The notes under the pieces were generated by a model. It ran no database searches, was not told where the DNA came from, and was given only the letters and a program-made list of their open reading frames with translations. A stretch of 64,000 nt of DNA from Blasia pusilla (taxonomy: Eukaryota), in contig CM114271.1 of assembly GCA_050084515.1 (NCBI GenBank), forward strand, positions 28,830,001-28,894,000, given 5' to 3'. Numbering within the stretch: position 1 is the first letter of the stretch; the number at the start of each line of letters is the position of its first letter. Shown piece by piece: positions 47,883 to 62,387 of this stretch. The position numbers were made by a program, and so were the translations under genes.

Positions 47883-48456
47883 TACATTCGGGCAAGAGCA
47901 ATTAAAAATTCTACATTTATTAATTGTATTTAGAAACACATGAAACCTCTTGTCGTTGAGTTAATCTACTTTTGTCATGATGTGGCATTTATTTACTAGG
48001 AGAGCTTATGCTTTAATTATGATGCTACATACTGTTATTATGGCTCGATATGTTGATTTGCACACGTAAAATATTTTGTGATCAATGCAATAACAAGAAT
48101 CGAAGAGTTAAGTCATATAGTGTAAGATTAAGGCAATAGCTTTATTCTTTCATTTTTTCATCAAAGGGCTAAGGGCATTTTGGTTTCTACAATAACTTTC
48201 TAATTGATGAAGTACGTATTTTAAACATGCCCAAATTTTAAACCCAATCTTTAAAGGTAATAAATAGGATTTCTTACTCTAACAAAGGATTAAGATCATT
48301 TCCCCTCATGGATCTTGAATTATCTATATACTAATGGGAGGATTAAGTTTTATGATATTCACTCTTATCTAACATGTGCCGACAAAAAAATTATTTTTGA
48401 CATGGTTGACCCATTTTAGTGTGGAAAAATATACGAGAACTTATTCAAAGAGATCA

Positions 48457-48459
<3 letters not shown>

Positions 48460-48542
<83 letters not shown>
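48460..48542. repeat. (AT)n microsatellite, about 41 units
   Basis: Directly visible. Confidence 0.98.
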
Positions 48543-48545
<3 letters not shown>

Positions 48546-51500
48546 AATTAAGGTTTTGGTCAATGTTTTGGAATGGATGTTGAAGTGATGTAGAGTCAAT
48601 TGATTTTTTTTCCTTTTACACATCTCACATATTCATGATCTTACTCTTTGGAACCTAATCCACATCTAAAATATCCAAATGGAGGTTGCATCTAAGTTGA
48701 TGATTAGATGTTTGTGTCACCATTATTAGGAAGATTTCCCTAACAAACATTTTATTTTTCACTTGTTAAGATTCTTATAACTATTTGAAGCTTTATTTCG
48801 AGTTATATGAATATACTCTACTCAATGGTGAAGTGTAGTTTAGGAGAATGCATCTAGAAGAAAGAGAATTCCTCTTAACAAGAAGACTGGCTGATATAAT
48901 ACCCTTATGGAGATAAGTCTTAAATTATCTATATACGTTGGACGATTGAGTTTTTTTATATCCACCCTCGAAGGGTGCAAAATTACTGAGATCGCATGTC
49001 TAGAATACGGATGTGATCCATAATATCCTATAATTCAAGGATGGAATGTTTCCTATGAGTGAGTAAATCGTTTTAATTTAAAAGAAGCCAAACATTCTAC
49101 ATTACAAGCTAATAAACACAAAAAGAAACTATTTAGTGTTGGAATGTGGAAAGGAAAATTTGAAAAATTACTTTTGGACCATATATGAGTATATCTATTC
49201 TTAAATTGAAGGATAGGGGGTTCACTTCTTAAGGAAAAATGGCTTAGAAAAGAAGTAAAGCCACTTCCCATAAAGATTACCTTATATTATGCATATTCTA
49301 TTAGAAAATGACATAAAATTGCCTCCTCCTAGAAATGATCCCTTTTGCTTCAAAAGAATATTTGACGTGATATGATATAATTAAAAAGAATTACATGGGA
49401 CACATGCCTAATTACAATTCAAAGATTATTTTAGATCAATCTTGAAATGAAAGGGAACAAGGGAGTAAAGATGTTGAAGCTTATAAATATTGCTACTAAT
49501 ATACTAGAATAAAGCCCATGCCCTACACAAATTTTCTTATTGCCCTTCTCTACACTCGGTATAAAACATCTATACTCTTATTTGAGGAGAGTCTCTCAAA
49601 TGGCAAACACTTGAATGTTCACGACGTGTCGTTTTAAGCTCAGGAATGTATGACACATGGCATCTATGTATGTCATATAAAATATTTTTTAAATAAAATA
49701 CTTTTAGAAATCGGGCGTTTAGGGTTACGGCCTTGTAGGGACTCAGCAGTGCACAGTCTCTCACGGGTCTTAAATAGTTTCTCCAATGAGAGATGCCCAT
49801 AAAGTGGCAATCAAGAATCCAAAAATATTCTACTATATATCTCTCATAGCTAGATTTGTTGTATCAACGTGGTCACATAGTAACGAACATCTTTCACACC
49901 ATCCTAGAAAGATTTTTAGTAGTTTATTTAATAATTAGAGATGCATTCATCGAAATTAAGACCACCTTAGGAGTGGAGGTAGTAGGGGATATTATACACC
50001 CATATCTATGTTATTGTGAGAGTGCCACTTTGAGTTTCAAACACTTGCTTTTTTCAATCAATAAATTCATTTATCCTCTTAGTTGAGCTTCCTTCCAATT
50101 ATGGGTTAAGTCATGAATCCCACTTTTACATTAGCCCACTATGCACACATGCCCATAAGTATTACTAGTGGGGATTCCACGCGTAATTATATATAATATT
50201 TCATTTGATCAAATGTGTAAAGTGTTCCATATTCTAGTGTATTGACCGACCAGGTGATGTCAAAAAATAGCATACAAAATACCTTTAAAAGGAAGAAAAA
50301 ACCTTTAAAACATTTTGACATAGGAAAGGAGAAAAGAAATTACTTTGAAACAACAAAATTGATAAAGCCATCATGGTAGCGGAGACATGCCTAGTGTGCC
50401 CATGAATGTAATGAAATATGTAATGTAATGTAACTGGATGACCCTTTAGGAGTCCTAAATCATATTCCAAATCTTGTTGAGTATGTAAAAAATCTCCTTA
50501 TGTTTAACACATGATTGAGAGCTTGTACACGAGGCCGAAAGTCAGGCCAAAGATTGATAATAAAAGGGCACTTTAGACAACACGATGAAAAGAATCCACT
50601 TATGACCACGAGCATGTAGAATATATCGAATGAAAGCTACTGAACTATCCAAAGGAAGCTCTCATAAGGAAATCTGCAGAGTTCAGCAGAGAATCAGTCA
50701 CAAAGAGCGCACATGGGGCATGGCACGTTTCTAAGCCGATTGTTCCGTGGACGGAATCTGTCAGCGATCCTTATTTGGTGACATGAACATCACGTAGGGT
50801 TTATGGATAGTAAGGAAACGGCGGTAATCACATGCTGTGAATAATGAATAGAGGAGGGGATCATGACGGATTGTCAGGCACTGCTCACGTTGCGAGATCA
50901 ATGAAGTGGGGAGGAGCAGCAGCAGCTCCCTCCCTCCACGAGTGTCCGTAGCTCTATGCTCCAGAGTCAATAGCACAGCTCCTCCGGACTCCGGGGGCAT
51001 AGCCTGAGGAGGATTGTGGGACCGAAGCCGCTTTCTTCCTGGACTCTCGAGTTGTCTGCCTGAGCCATTAAAGCCTGCTGGTGAAGCGGGTGAGTCGCGG
51101 GTCGGAAAGAGCGCTCTGTCTGTCAGTCTGTCTTGGAAGGCTGTCAGCAAAGGAGCGCGTGGGGCACTGCTACGAGTCGCAGTTGCGAGCTTCGTACTCC
51201 CACTTCTCTTCAGCCGATTCTCAGACGCCACCCCTGGACTATGTCACTTCACTGCCGGCATTCCATCCTCTCCAACTCTACTTTCATCGCTCTCTCTCTC
51301 TTTTCCTCGCTCTCGTTCCTCTCGTTCGCGCTAGCCGCTCGGGCTGAGTACTACCGCAACATCTTGGGGAAGCACTCGCGTTCTACTCTCGTGCGGTGCA
51401 ACACTTTCTCCCTCCGCACGAGTACCGTCCAACAACCAGGGGCTGGCGCGGTGTCTATGTTCTACGTTGCCTCTGCTCTACGAGCAATTGCCTACGTTGC

Positions 51501-51616
51501 CTCTGCAACGTAGGGCTGTCGTAGAGCTCTTACTCTACGAGCTCTACGAGAGTTCTCTCTCTCTCTCTGCGCAAGATCAAATTGCGTGTGAGTGTCTGCG
51601 TTTGTTTTCTTGAAAA

Positions 51617-53440
51617 TCAGGAAATCCCTGCGCAGGGAAGCCAACGGTTGCCTTGGATGAATCTCTCGACGCCGAAAGCATCGGCCTGGTTGGAGGTGAG
51701 CTGGTTGGACCACGGAACTCTGGAGGCGGAAACCGCTCCAGGGCCAGATGACTGGTACTCCCCGTAGAAGAGTGAATCCAACGCGAAAGTTCCATCCCAG
51801 GCAAGCCATCCCTCGGGTTGTATCACGGAGTCCAGGTAGGAGTCGATGAACACCGTCCGGGAGAACCTCTTCCACGGCCGTCCGAGATAGGACTGAAGCG
51901 ATGCCGGATTTTCGCGAAGATCCTCCATGTAATCTGGCGTGCCCGAAATGGTGCAATTCTGAAACACCAAGCCTGTGCTTTGGCCCGGATCGGTCCGACC
52001 TTGAGCCGTCAATACGCTCGTCGGAGCGTCAGCGCGACCCGATCTCACGAGCAGCTGACAACTTCGAAACAAAGCGGCCGAGTTTCCGAAAACGAAGTCG
52101 ACTGTTCCCAGAATTGTGCAGTTGGTGTAAAACTGACGTCCAGTGTGTGCGTAGAGGGTGTCCTGGTAGCCGTCGAAGACGCAATCTTCAAAAGCAGCCA
52201 AATCACCGTCCACGCGCATCGCCACAGCCTGGTGCAATTCGGGGCCGGCTGTGTTTTGGAAAGTTATTCCTCGAGCTGAGAAGCTTTTTCCAACCACGAC
52301 TGCAAGCCGAAGCCCAATATCATTGTAGTCAAAGCGAGGAGAATTAGCGCTATCCGCGTCCAAACTTTTGATCTAATCATCAAAACTGAACTTCACAAAA
52401 TGCGGGATCGCAGAGTGGATGGGATACTCACCGACAGTTGCAGTTTGATATGTGGGCACACCAGCCTCCAATGCGTTTTTGCTGGCAGTGATGATGGTCT
52501 TGTTTCCGCCCACTCCCACAAACGTGATCATTGTCTTGTTCTTATGCACACGAACTCGTTCGTTGTATATCCCTTCCTTGATATAGATTGTGTACCTGTC
52601 CGTGCCATACGTCGGAGCATTGTCGACTGCTTGCTGCACACTTGTGTAGGTTCCCGACCCGTCTTGCGCCACGGTCGCATTAGGTGTCAAAATGTCGGGA
52701 GGGGCTTGAAAAGAGCAGAGATAGTCCTGCGTAGTCCACTCCGCATTTATGGAAGGAAGGGTGACAGGCGTGGACCTTTGCTCCTGCGGGGGCTGCCACA
52801 ATGCGGAATCGGAACCGTATATCGCGAGGGAGTTCGTCAAGCTCAATGCGTTGCTGATGCGCTCCATACTCGAGTTCACCAGCGGTAGAACTGCGTCCAG
52901 CAGACCTTCTGGAGGATTCTGCACATTGGACAGCCCCGAGAAGCAGTCGTACTGGAATTGCTCCGAAGCGCTCAGCCAGGCTTGAATGTCTTCGATAGCA
53001 TAAACTAACAGGAACTCCTTAGAGTTCATGAGAGACGTGATCGCATAGTCCAGCGATTCTTCACAAACCTCAGCTGCGGCGGTGGCATTTATGTCCAAAT
53101 CCACTGAAAGCACCAAACCCTGAATCGAAGAGAGGCTCTCGGTGGAGCCAGTTAACGCCAACTCTATCGCAAGGGCAACCAACTCCGTCGAATTCAAGGT
53201 CCCGGATCGCGAATCAGCCGAAAGTAATGAATTGCAAAGATCTGGAAATCTAGTGGCTCTACAAGCCGACGCAATAGTCGGGGAGGTCGGGACGACCAAT
53301 TCGCTCGGGGAGGCCACAATTGGCGGTTCTTCTACGGAAGGTATCGGGAGCTGGATCGATCGCGAGCGCGATAGCGGATCAAAATCGGCCTCAACTGACG
53401 TATAGAAACAAGCCAGGACCAAACACACCAAAAATGCCAT
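51617..53440 (-). CDS. Pectin methylesterase with N-terminal PMEI pro-domain, 2 exons
   Basis: Signal peptide; PMEI (CRATRFPDLC..WLSA..DC); catalytic motifs VAQDGSG, GIYNE, QAVAMR, GYQDTLY, GTVDFVFG, YLGRPW. Intron 52431-52300 (GT-AG). Confidence 0.95.
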
Positions 53441-56400
53441 CTCTCTCTCTCTCTCTCGCTCTCCGTGGATTCCTATCGAACGAATTCTCCCCGAACAATA
53501 CTGCTAAACTTTCAAATGGCCTCTTCTCCCGAACGTAAGTCGGCCGCAAGTGCAGGCTAGGTCGGACATTCACCCCAATCGGAGCACGCGAGAGCCCCGA
53601 ACTCTTCAGGCTCTCATCACAATGATCACATATCTTCCCCCGGCCATTGCACCGGATCGATTTCTCTCCTTGTGTGTTCCATTCGGTCTACCAATCGCAC
53701 CGGAGGCACAATCCAACCGACTTTCCACTTCCACGTCCATTACACCTGGTACACGCGCCCGTCGATCGCACTTGAAGGAAAATGCAGAGGCGCACAAGTG
53801 TCCCTCCCTGCACGAACCGCTATCAGCAAATAATCTAAAATACGACTCCATCGGAGTCCATCCGCTTCTCACGCGCTTTGTGCACTCCAGAGATGCATCT
53901 GCAGCTTTTCCAGTCTACTTTCCGCCCGGCAGCTCGCCCTCGCCGCCAGATTTGTCTGGCCATGGATCCCCGACTAAAAGTGGAACCGTAGACGGCTCCG
54001 CAGCTAAAACGACGGTGCATTTAACTCTTCCCCAAATCCGGGGCGTGTCTGGCGTAGCGCCTCGCACGGTCGCACGGTTCTCTAACCGCAAAGATTGGGT
54101 TGCCTGACTCTGTAGTTGGAGTAAACCTAGGATGGCATATGGACCGTCAGATCCTGATCTACGCGCGACGGACACTGTCGCGGCGTCGCTTCATTGGATA
54201 AGGACCGGAACTCCGCCGTGCTTTTTGGACGGCGTCGACCACTACGCCCAAAAATCCCGGACCTAACCGGTAATTCTGGACGGCGTACGGGCCCTAATTA
54301 GACTCTCTATAACAATGGCGAGGAATCTACTTTGGCCCCGATCAAGACTCTCCGATGACGTTCGCTTGCGATGGCGGTGACCTTTTTCAAAGTAATCCAA
54401 CCCGAGAGATCGTGGAACTATGCCACGCCGCGAGCTTACGCTGACGCATATGTTGAATGTTCCCAAGAGACGGAGCGAAGAATGAAAGGAATGCATGGAT
54501 CGATTGAAGGTTCGTAGTTCGCGCACGCATTGAGAGAAGAGAGCAGGGAAACAACAGGCAACGCTGGCACGTAACTAGACGAGCTTTTGGGCTGCAGTGC
54601 AGCTGTCCACGGAGCGTGATATTATATTATACAGCACCAGCGGCCAGCCCGATCTAAATTCTAATCCGGGAGCATGGTTTCTCGGAGACTGTGCGTCATC
54701 CGGTCAATGTTTTCTGAGCACAGTTGTTCACATGATTGTAGCAGGAGGAGCTTTCTCGGGATCCAAATCGACATGCATTCGATATGTCTGCTGTTGGGAA
54801 GGCCACCTTCTTCTTTCTTTTCAGGGCCGGGTTTGGCTTGCGGATTTTTGGCCCTCTATCTCTGATGGTTTTCCATCAAGCGTTTTTATTGAAGTTTATC
54901 ATATCCCATTCGATATCTATTATGTGCAAATGTGCGGATCTTGAAAAGCGGTTGAAGCCAGCGGACGTCTCGCGAGAGCTTTTCCGCTCAAGCGACGGCT
55001 TCATGTGACTGCACCCTTTCCGCGTAGCGACAGCAAAGAGGTTCGTGTAAAGAAAACAATTAATGGTAGACCTGCAATCTATCGCATTAGCTCTCGACAT
55101 CCCATCATCATAAACTGTAGCCACTATTTATCCTCCTACCTGGATTTGATTGAGTTTTAGGTCGAAAGTAAAGGGCTGATGGAGATCGATGTACTTCCGT
55201 GAATCCACCGATCAGATTTTTCGTTCAACGGCCCGCGCTACTCCAATCTCGAAGTCAACTATCCGGTACCGCTTGCCACATCGATGTCCGTAGAAATCTT
55301 AGACCTACGAACTCATGGAGATCGTGCTATATCAGGTTTCTCATTTTCCCGTGCGATGGAGGCTCGGGAAAATCAACTACTCGAAGAGCGTACATTCGTC
55401 GCGATGGCCATCTCAGCAGCCGTCACAGCTTCGGATGAGCATGGATCCGCAGAGCTCACAAATTCAGCGTCCGCCTTCTCGGTTCGCTAAGTGGTCCACC
55501 GTCGAAAGCCATTAAAACGACTTCCAGGCTAAGCGCTACTACAAATTGGCCCTGCATTGAACGATTAATGCGCCCTCACAAGATCTCACTATCGGGAACA
55601 ACTCATAACGATGTTCCCCCCATCCCAAGTTCGTGACGAAGTCTTCATTAAACGCTGGAACCAATCCACACGAAAGTGCGGAGTTGAAATCCCATCGTGC
55701 ATAACTCCGCGTTTCGCCATTGCACAAGCTGTCGGCCTTTCGCGATTCAACGAGCCACTGTCTTGAATGACCTCTGCGATCGCCGGGTGTTCGATTTGGA
55801 TAGTACGTTCCATGGCGGGCCGCTCTTCCGAATGTGCCTCGAGCACGTGTTTGTTTATCGCGCTCGGTGCGTGATATCCATGCCAACCACAGCCGCCGCG
55901 GCCATCATGTGATCGGGTGGGCTCTTCAAAACCTTCCATTCGAGGGTCTTGTTAGCAAGTGTCGAAACCCCCACATGTAACCGGTTGCTCGTGTCGCGGC
56001 GTGATCCATGGCATGCTCTCCTTCGTCCACAATTCTTCTCCCATTAGCGCGGTGCATGCCTACTCTACAAAGAGTTTGCGTGTTTTAACTTTCATTTAGT
56101 TGGATTTGATTTATTACTAAGAATGGAATGGAAAAAAATTACGTCATTAAAGGAGGATCTTTTTAACTATGAGTTGCTATGCCCGATGCTATGTTAGTTC
56201 AGGTGAATCATTAATTACATGTGATTATGTTCAAATAGAACATTAGGTACTCTGTTTTTTCACATGGAAGAAAATAAATTATCTCTAATAGAACAAATTT
56301 TTAAATAGTTTTATTAAAGAATGATGAAGTGTCCCTTGTTTTCTTAGATTTGGGAATATTGACAAAACTTTCAACAATAATAGCTGTAGATTAAAGCTTG

Positions 56401-59400
56401 ATCTTAATTAGAAAACTTAATATGAGATGAATAACAAGAATACACCTCTTAAAAGAGATGTATTCTTCCTACCATCTCATTCTAGAAATGGCCATGCATA
56501 TCTAACATATAATAGTATCTACTTTTATGCTATGTGGAGTTCTTTGGAGATAATCCTTCCATTTTTTTCCTATTGGAGGAAGAGAGAGGGATGACCATCA
56601 TTTTCGTACCTCACATCTCGAGACCTTAAGCTTTGCAAGAAAAGTCTTGGGTTAAGTCTCAAAGACCCAAGTCATTGCGTATTCCGAAGATAGTCTAGAA
56701 GTCGCCAAGCGCCAATCAGATCGAGTTCCCCTACGTGCATACCGTCTTCCCCAAGTTGCTTGCCTATGCCGGAAGCGTATCAATTATTTCCTCAAGGTGT
56801 GTCCAAAATGATCAAACTTGAAATAGGACCAAACACACAACATGGTTAGTTCGTTGTTCATAGACTTGAGCGAGTAGGGAGGGAGAGTGTTCCCCCCCCC
56901 CCTCCAATTATAGGAACTTTGGGGTTTTTCCATGTGAATCCTATCTTCTCCATTATCCATGTCGAACCCTTAATTTTGGCCCCCAATCCATGCTTCACGA
57001 GTCGCAACTCAAAGACTTTTGCTTAACTAGTTATCCCCCAAGATGGTTTGATGAGGTTTTCTTGCATATTTTGCATTTATCAACTTCTCAAATGCATTTC
57101 AAGGCTTTGACCCACATTTTGTATGTCTCTTATAGAACGCCCCTTTCGAGTCTCGACTCTCACTCTTTGGTGTCAAATGGTTGTTTTGTTGTCCATCATG
57201 TTTTGTGACTAGTCTCATGACATCTCGTATGTCGTAACTAGTCACATTTCCTTGCTTCTTGTGCTTGACTTGGAGCTTAGTTCAAGGGTTTCACACCTTG
57301 CTTGCCTTGTCCCTATCTCCTCAAGTAGTTGTACCCATTTCTTACCTAAGGCTAGTCTAAGGCGCATGCCCATCTCGCCTAGTGTTAGTCCTACAATCGG
57401 TTCCGTAGCCATTCCTTGGCTCACGACAATCTAGTCTAGGTTCAAGCTTTAGTAGGTCACACCAAGGTCTTTCCTCTTTAGACCCACAATCATGACTCAC
57501 TTCTTGACTTCTCGCTAGCGTGACCTACAGACTTAGTTATTCATGACGCATAGGATGGATTAAGAGGTTGACTTTGGAGTCTTGAGACCAAGTTAAATCC
57601 ACTTATGTAGTCCAATTATGTATGCCAACCTTAGACCTTGATCCATCGCGTAGACATTGAGTTTCAATTACGTACTTGTACAAGGTCTATTGGGCAATTA
57701 GGATTTTTAGGTGTCTAGTGTCATTTCAAATTACAATGACCAAGACAATCAAGAAATTTTATCTTGAGTCTTCAATGACTTGCATGTATTGGGAAGTGAG
57801 GGGTTAGGTCAATATTTGACCTTTTCTAGATGTGTCAAGCTTTAAAAGTGCCTCAAGACCCCAAAATGGAGATGCAAGGTTGACCCACTTTGTTGCAAAT
57901 GTGAATATTTTTGGATGAAAATCAATAACAAGAGTATAACTTGCTAAATAAACACAAGATTTTGTGATATACAAGATCGACATTCAAGGTGTTGCCATGA
58001 ATGATGCATAAGACTCGGATTTTCTTAGTTGAGGAGAACTTTGGCTCTATTAGAAGTCATTGATTCAAAGGGCGTTGTGTTCCCCACCCTATTTTCTAAT
58101 GAAGAATCTAAATGGTCCTTATTACGATCATATGTCCATTGATTTGTATATGAATGCTAAGGATCTTTAGAATGCTCGTGTTATTAGGGAACATATTGTA
58201 GCATATAAGAGCATGCAAAATTTTTTGTGCCGGAAGAGAGAAAGAAAAAGTAATTATAGTTGAAGGCAAGGAAATAAATGGTTTGATATAGAAGTCAAGA
58301 TATGGGAGGAAGATATAATTGGTAGTGGAAGCAAGAAATCACTCACAATTTAAGGGTAGTAGAATTTTGAGAATTATTGGCATTAGGAAATACATTAGGC
58401 GTATCAGCAAAGTCTTTCAACTAAGGATTGGTTGCATAAATTCCATACCATGGTGTTGAGTATTTTTTAGCAATATACATATATCTCCCACTTTTAGCAA
58501 CCCTTGCTCTAGGTTGAGTCATATATTAAAATTGTCTATCATCTCCATTCCTCAAACATCCTTCGTTTTAGCTTAACAACCACTCAAGGTCTTTCATTGA
58601 ACTAAAATACACAAGACTTTATATGACTAACTCCATTCTTGAATCTACATGTCAATATCAAGCTACATTCACCCTTCGCCATGAGGGAATCTAACCTCTA
58701 ACATCCAAGCTCCTACCAAACCCAAGAAAGGATAAGTGTTTCCTAGGCTCAACATAAGTGTAGTAAGAAGTATTGAAGTGTACAAATAGCTACATTTCAA
58801 ATTTTAGCATAATTGAAAGTAATACTTATTACATGTTAGATATTATTGTATAGAACGCATAATATCCTATTAATTATCTTCAAGGGAATCTACTAGTCTA
58901 TGTATATTATTAATTGAGGAAGGGGAGATTATTATGTGAAGAAATTTTCTTGTCAACGAATCAACAATTTTAAAAAAATCAAATATGTTCTACTATCTCT
59001 TAGGGAAGGAAGTCTGGTGAGCCATGAACTCACATTTGGTTTTTTTATTTATGAAATACTTTATGGTTCTATCTATATTATAATTGAAAGAAGAAAGATT
59101 ATTCAATCATTATGGGAAAAATATTCTAAGAAAAATAAAACCTCATAAAGAATGATGAGATGTCACATACTATTAAGATCAGGTTTATTTCTTAAATAAT
59201 ACTCAAATTATGAAAAAAGTTGAATTTTAGTTGTAGTTCTATTACTTGATTGCTACTAGATAATTTTGAGAAATTTTGAATACGTATTATAGAAAGATTA
59301 CATTCATATTTTGATAGCATATTTTCCATGTCCTTTTCCCAATGCCTTTTACTATTATTCATATTGGAAATTAATTCAAAATATAAAAAGTCTTCAAACA

Positions 59401-59761
59401 TCAATGACTTGATATACAAGTACTACTCATTGGCTCACTAAATCCAACTTCCAAGATGGAGTAATTCTCTTGGTCAATATCTTATATGCAAAGGAGATAC
59501 AATGCATGGAGCCTAAATTAATATTTAAGAGTAATATACATGATCCAAACTATAATATCTTTATGATTCCACCTTTGTCATGTATATTCCAACCAAGGTG
59601 CCCACTTAATTAACCAAAGAGTTTGAACATACATATGGATGTCCTAATAAGAATATGGTTTCTCAAGATTCCCATACTAATCATGATACATATCTTTGTA
59701 ATATGAATGAAATTTTATTTAACTAGTAAACATGTGATGATAAGCAATTTGAATTACTTAT

Positions 59762-60850
59762 CACTAATTAGCATGCCCATGCTCGCATAAGGAAATGACT
59801 TTTTCTTTTAGTAATTTAGAAAGACTTTTTTATTTCAAAATCCAAATATAATCTCCACTTTCTTAAATTTTAAAGGATGAATACCTTTCTCCTAAATAAC
59901 TTTGTTCTTCACTTAAAATTTAAATAATATCTCATTCCCCTAAATAAATTCATCCCTTCATAAAATTTTAAATAATACTTACACCTCCCCGAGCCTCCCT
60001 CCACTTCTCCCACTAACTAAATTATTCGTTAATCTTAATAAATGAAATCATTTCCCTCTCTCATTCAAATTCATTTGCCGTTCCCAAAATATCAAATGTG
60101 AATCAATGAATAATAGGCTAGTTACCATTTTGTCTTATTATCTCACTATTTTTTCTTATTGTGTATGCCAATAATAAGATAGATAGACTAGTTAGCATGT
60201 ATGTGGGTACACACAAAAAAGAAAGATTTTTCATTTCAAAAGTCAAATATAATCTTCACTTTCTGATCTAGGGGAATTGAATAATAACACTCCACTCCCC
60301 TAAATAACTCCACCCTCCATAAAAGATTATATAGTGCCTACTCCTCTCCCTCCAATCCTCCCCCAAAATAACACTCATTAACGAAAATATTAGTTAATCT
60401 TACTTAATTAAATCATTTCCCTCTTCCATTCAAATTCAAGGAAAACATCAAATATGAATCAAGGGAAAAAAATTGTATTCATGTACTATTTTGTTGTGTT
60501 GTGCATATTGGGTGGTATTTGCCCCCATAAGATGTTTGTGCTTACGCACGAATTTTTTTAAATAATTTAGAAATCTATTTTCATTTCAAAATTCAAATAT
60601 AACTTTCACTTTCTTAAATTTTAAAAAAGTAACAGCACTCAACTTCCCTTAATAATTTTACTCCTTAACATTTAAATGATACCCCACTCCCCCATTAACT
60701 CCATCCCTCTATACAAATTTAAATAATACTTATTCCTCCTACTAACTAAATGATTAGTTAATAGTCATTATTTTCATCTTCCATTAAAATTTATTTTCCC
60801 TTCCCAAAATACAACTTTTTTTATAAAATTATTTGGATTTTATTATTTTA
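59762..60850 (-). repeat. Tandem AT-rich repeats of the same Helitron-like family as 17920-18846
   Basis: Recurring actagttagcatg ends (59763, 60187), hairpin gtgcttacgcacg (~60538-60550), and repeated cccctaaataa / aatcatttccc blocks. Confidence 0.5.
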
Positions 60851-61017
60851 TTATTTTATTTTAATATACATGTAAGATCATCAATAATAATAAAAATTTT
60901 CTTTTTAACTCCCCGAAATAAATTCCAAAGTTGATAGTGACTCCTCCAAAATAAATTCCAAATTTGACATATGCCAAAGTGTTCTATCCAAAGATGATCG
61001 TCTCCATTATAATGTAC

Positions 61018-61295
61018 TAGGGCCAGTCACTGCCGGAGTTGGGAGGCCCCCGGGAGTCGTGGCAACGGCCAATACCCGCTTGAAGAAACGGGTACCTACA
61101 CACGGTTCCCGTTTCTGGGAACGGCAATTTTTAGGGACGTCGGAAAAAAACTTTTGTTCTCGTTCGGAGGATACCAATTTTTAAATTATTGTTTATAAAA
61201 AAGTGATTCTTACTATTCAATAAAATCCACGGGACTACAAGGGGATTTCCTCCGTCCCGTATTTGTTCCCCGTCCGGAGGAAATGAATGGCCCTA
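61018..61295. mobile_element. Possible hAT-type MITE
   Basis: 12-bp TIR TAGGGCCAGTCA / TGAATGGCCCTA (1 mismatch). No clean 8-bp TSD. Confidence 0.4.
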
Positions 61296-62387
61296 CTTGT
61301 AAGAATAAGCCTTTTCTATGAACAGGTTCATATTACCTCTTATAATTAATGCTAACAATTTTTAAGTGGTATTTTAAATCAATTTGGAACAATTCTCTTG
61401 ACCCAAACGAAAAGAAGAAAACTTACAAAAATGAAAGAACAATCTCACTAGGCATGTGAAAATTCATCATTTACTTAATTATTTTATGCGAAACACCGTC
61501 GTGTTAACCGTACAAGGAGGTACGAATTTGCGTTAAACAATTCTGAGTGTCGTCCTAAGACTAGGCATCCACAATTCTGAGTGTCGTCCGTGGGCGCTCG
61601 GGTCGGCATCGATGCCGACCCGAGCGTAGGTGGATGTACCGGCTCACCGGCTACGTTACAGCCTCCACATGGGGTTCCGAAGCTGACGGGAAGCGTGAAC
61701 TGCGTCGCAGCTGGCCGCGCGAACCGTCCGTGAGTGAAGTCCGGCCGCAGCTTCGGCGGCGCAGGGCGGGCAGCGAAGCGGTGGTCTCCGGTTGCCGTAG
61801 CTGCGCGAGCCAGCCCTAGAGTTCCATCGGCGGACGCAAGGGTTTTAGGGAGCCTCGGTCCCACCGTAGCCGCCATCGGCCTCACGGCGGGCGGGTGGTC
61901 AGTCAGGCCGGCCGGGTCGAGACGGGTCTGTCGGATCGTCCTGGCCTACTCATGTCGCTCTCTTCCCTCATTCTAGCGTCGTACTTGTTTAAACCAACCG
62001 AAGACTGGAGTCTACCGGTACTGTGGAGACGGAGGAGGAGGAGGAGGAGAAGAGGAATACGACGACGACTGCTGGTGCTGCTGTGTTTCTCTCGGTGGAA
62101 ACAGAGTAGGCGTATGTCCGTCCCTCGCGATTGCTGCTGCTGCTGCTGGCGCTGCAGTGGAGTGGAGGAGATTGTCCATGAGTGTTAGCGCATCTGGCGA
62201 GGAAGGCGACTAGATCTGTGAAGCTGGCTGGCGTGGCGATCCACGCGAAGTGACAGACAGAGGGTTTTAGGACTCCGGCTGGTGCCACCGACCAGGGAGT
62301 TGCATTAGAGATATTTTATTGCGAGAGAGAGAGACAGAGAGAGAGAGAAAGAAAGAAAGAAAGAAAGAAAGAAACGGAGGGGGAGAG

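Noticed and set aside
50761-51231. 156-aa ORF downstream of the PME gene
   Set aside because: Non-ATG start and no recognisable domain; it may be UTR or intergenic GC-rich sequence.
53550-56050. Short ORFs upstream of the PME gene
   Set aside because: No coherent exon chain or motif; probably promoter or intergenic sequence.
56600-57430. Possible degenerate LTR ending ..CACGACA
   Set aside because: No partner terminus, TSD or second copy could be identified in the window.
61484-62288. Minus-strand ORFs upstream of the METTL13-like gene
   Set aside because: Driven by trinucleotide and GC-rich low complexity, with in-frame stops; more likely promoter or 5' UTR.
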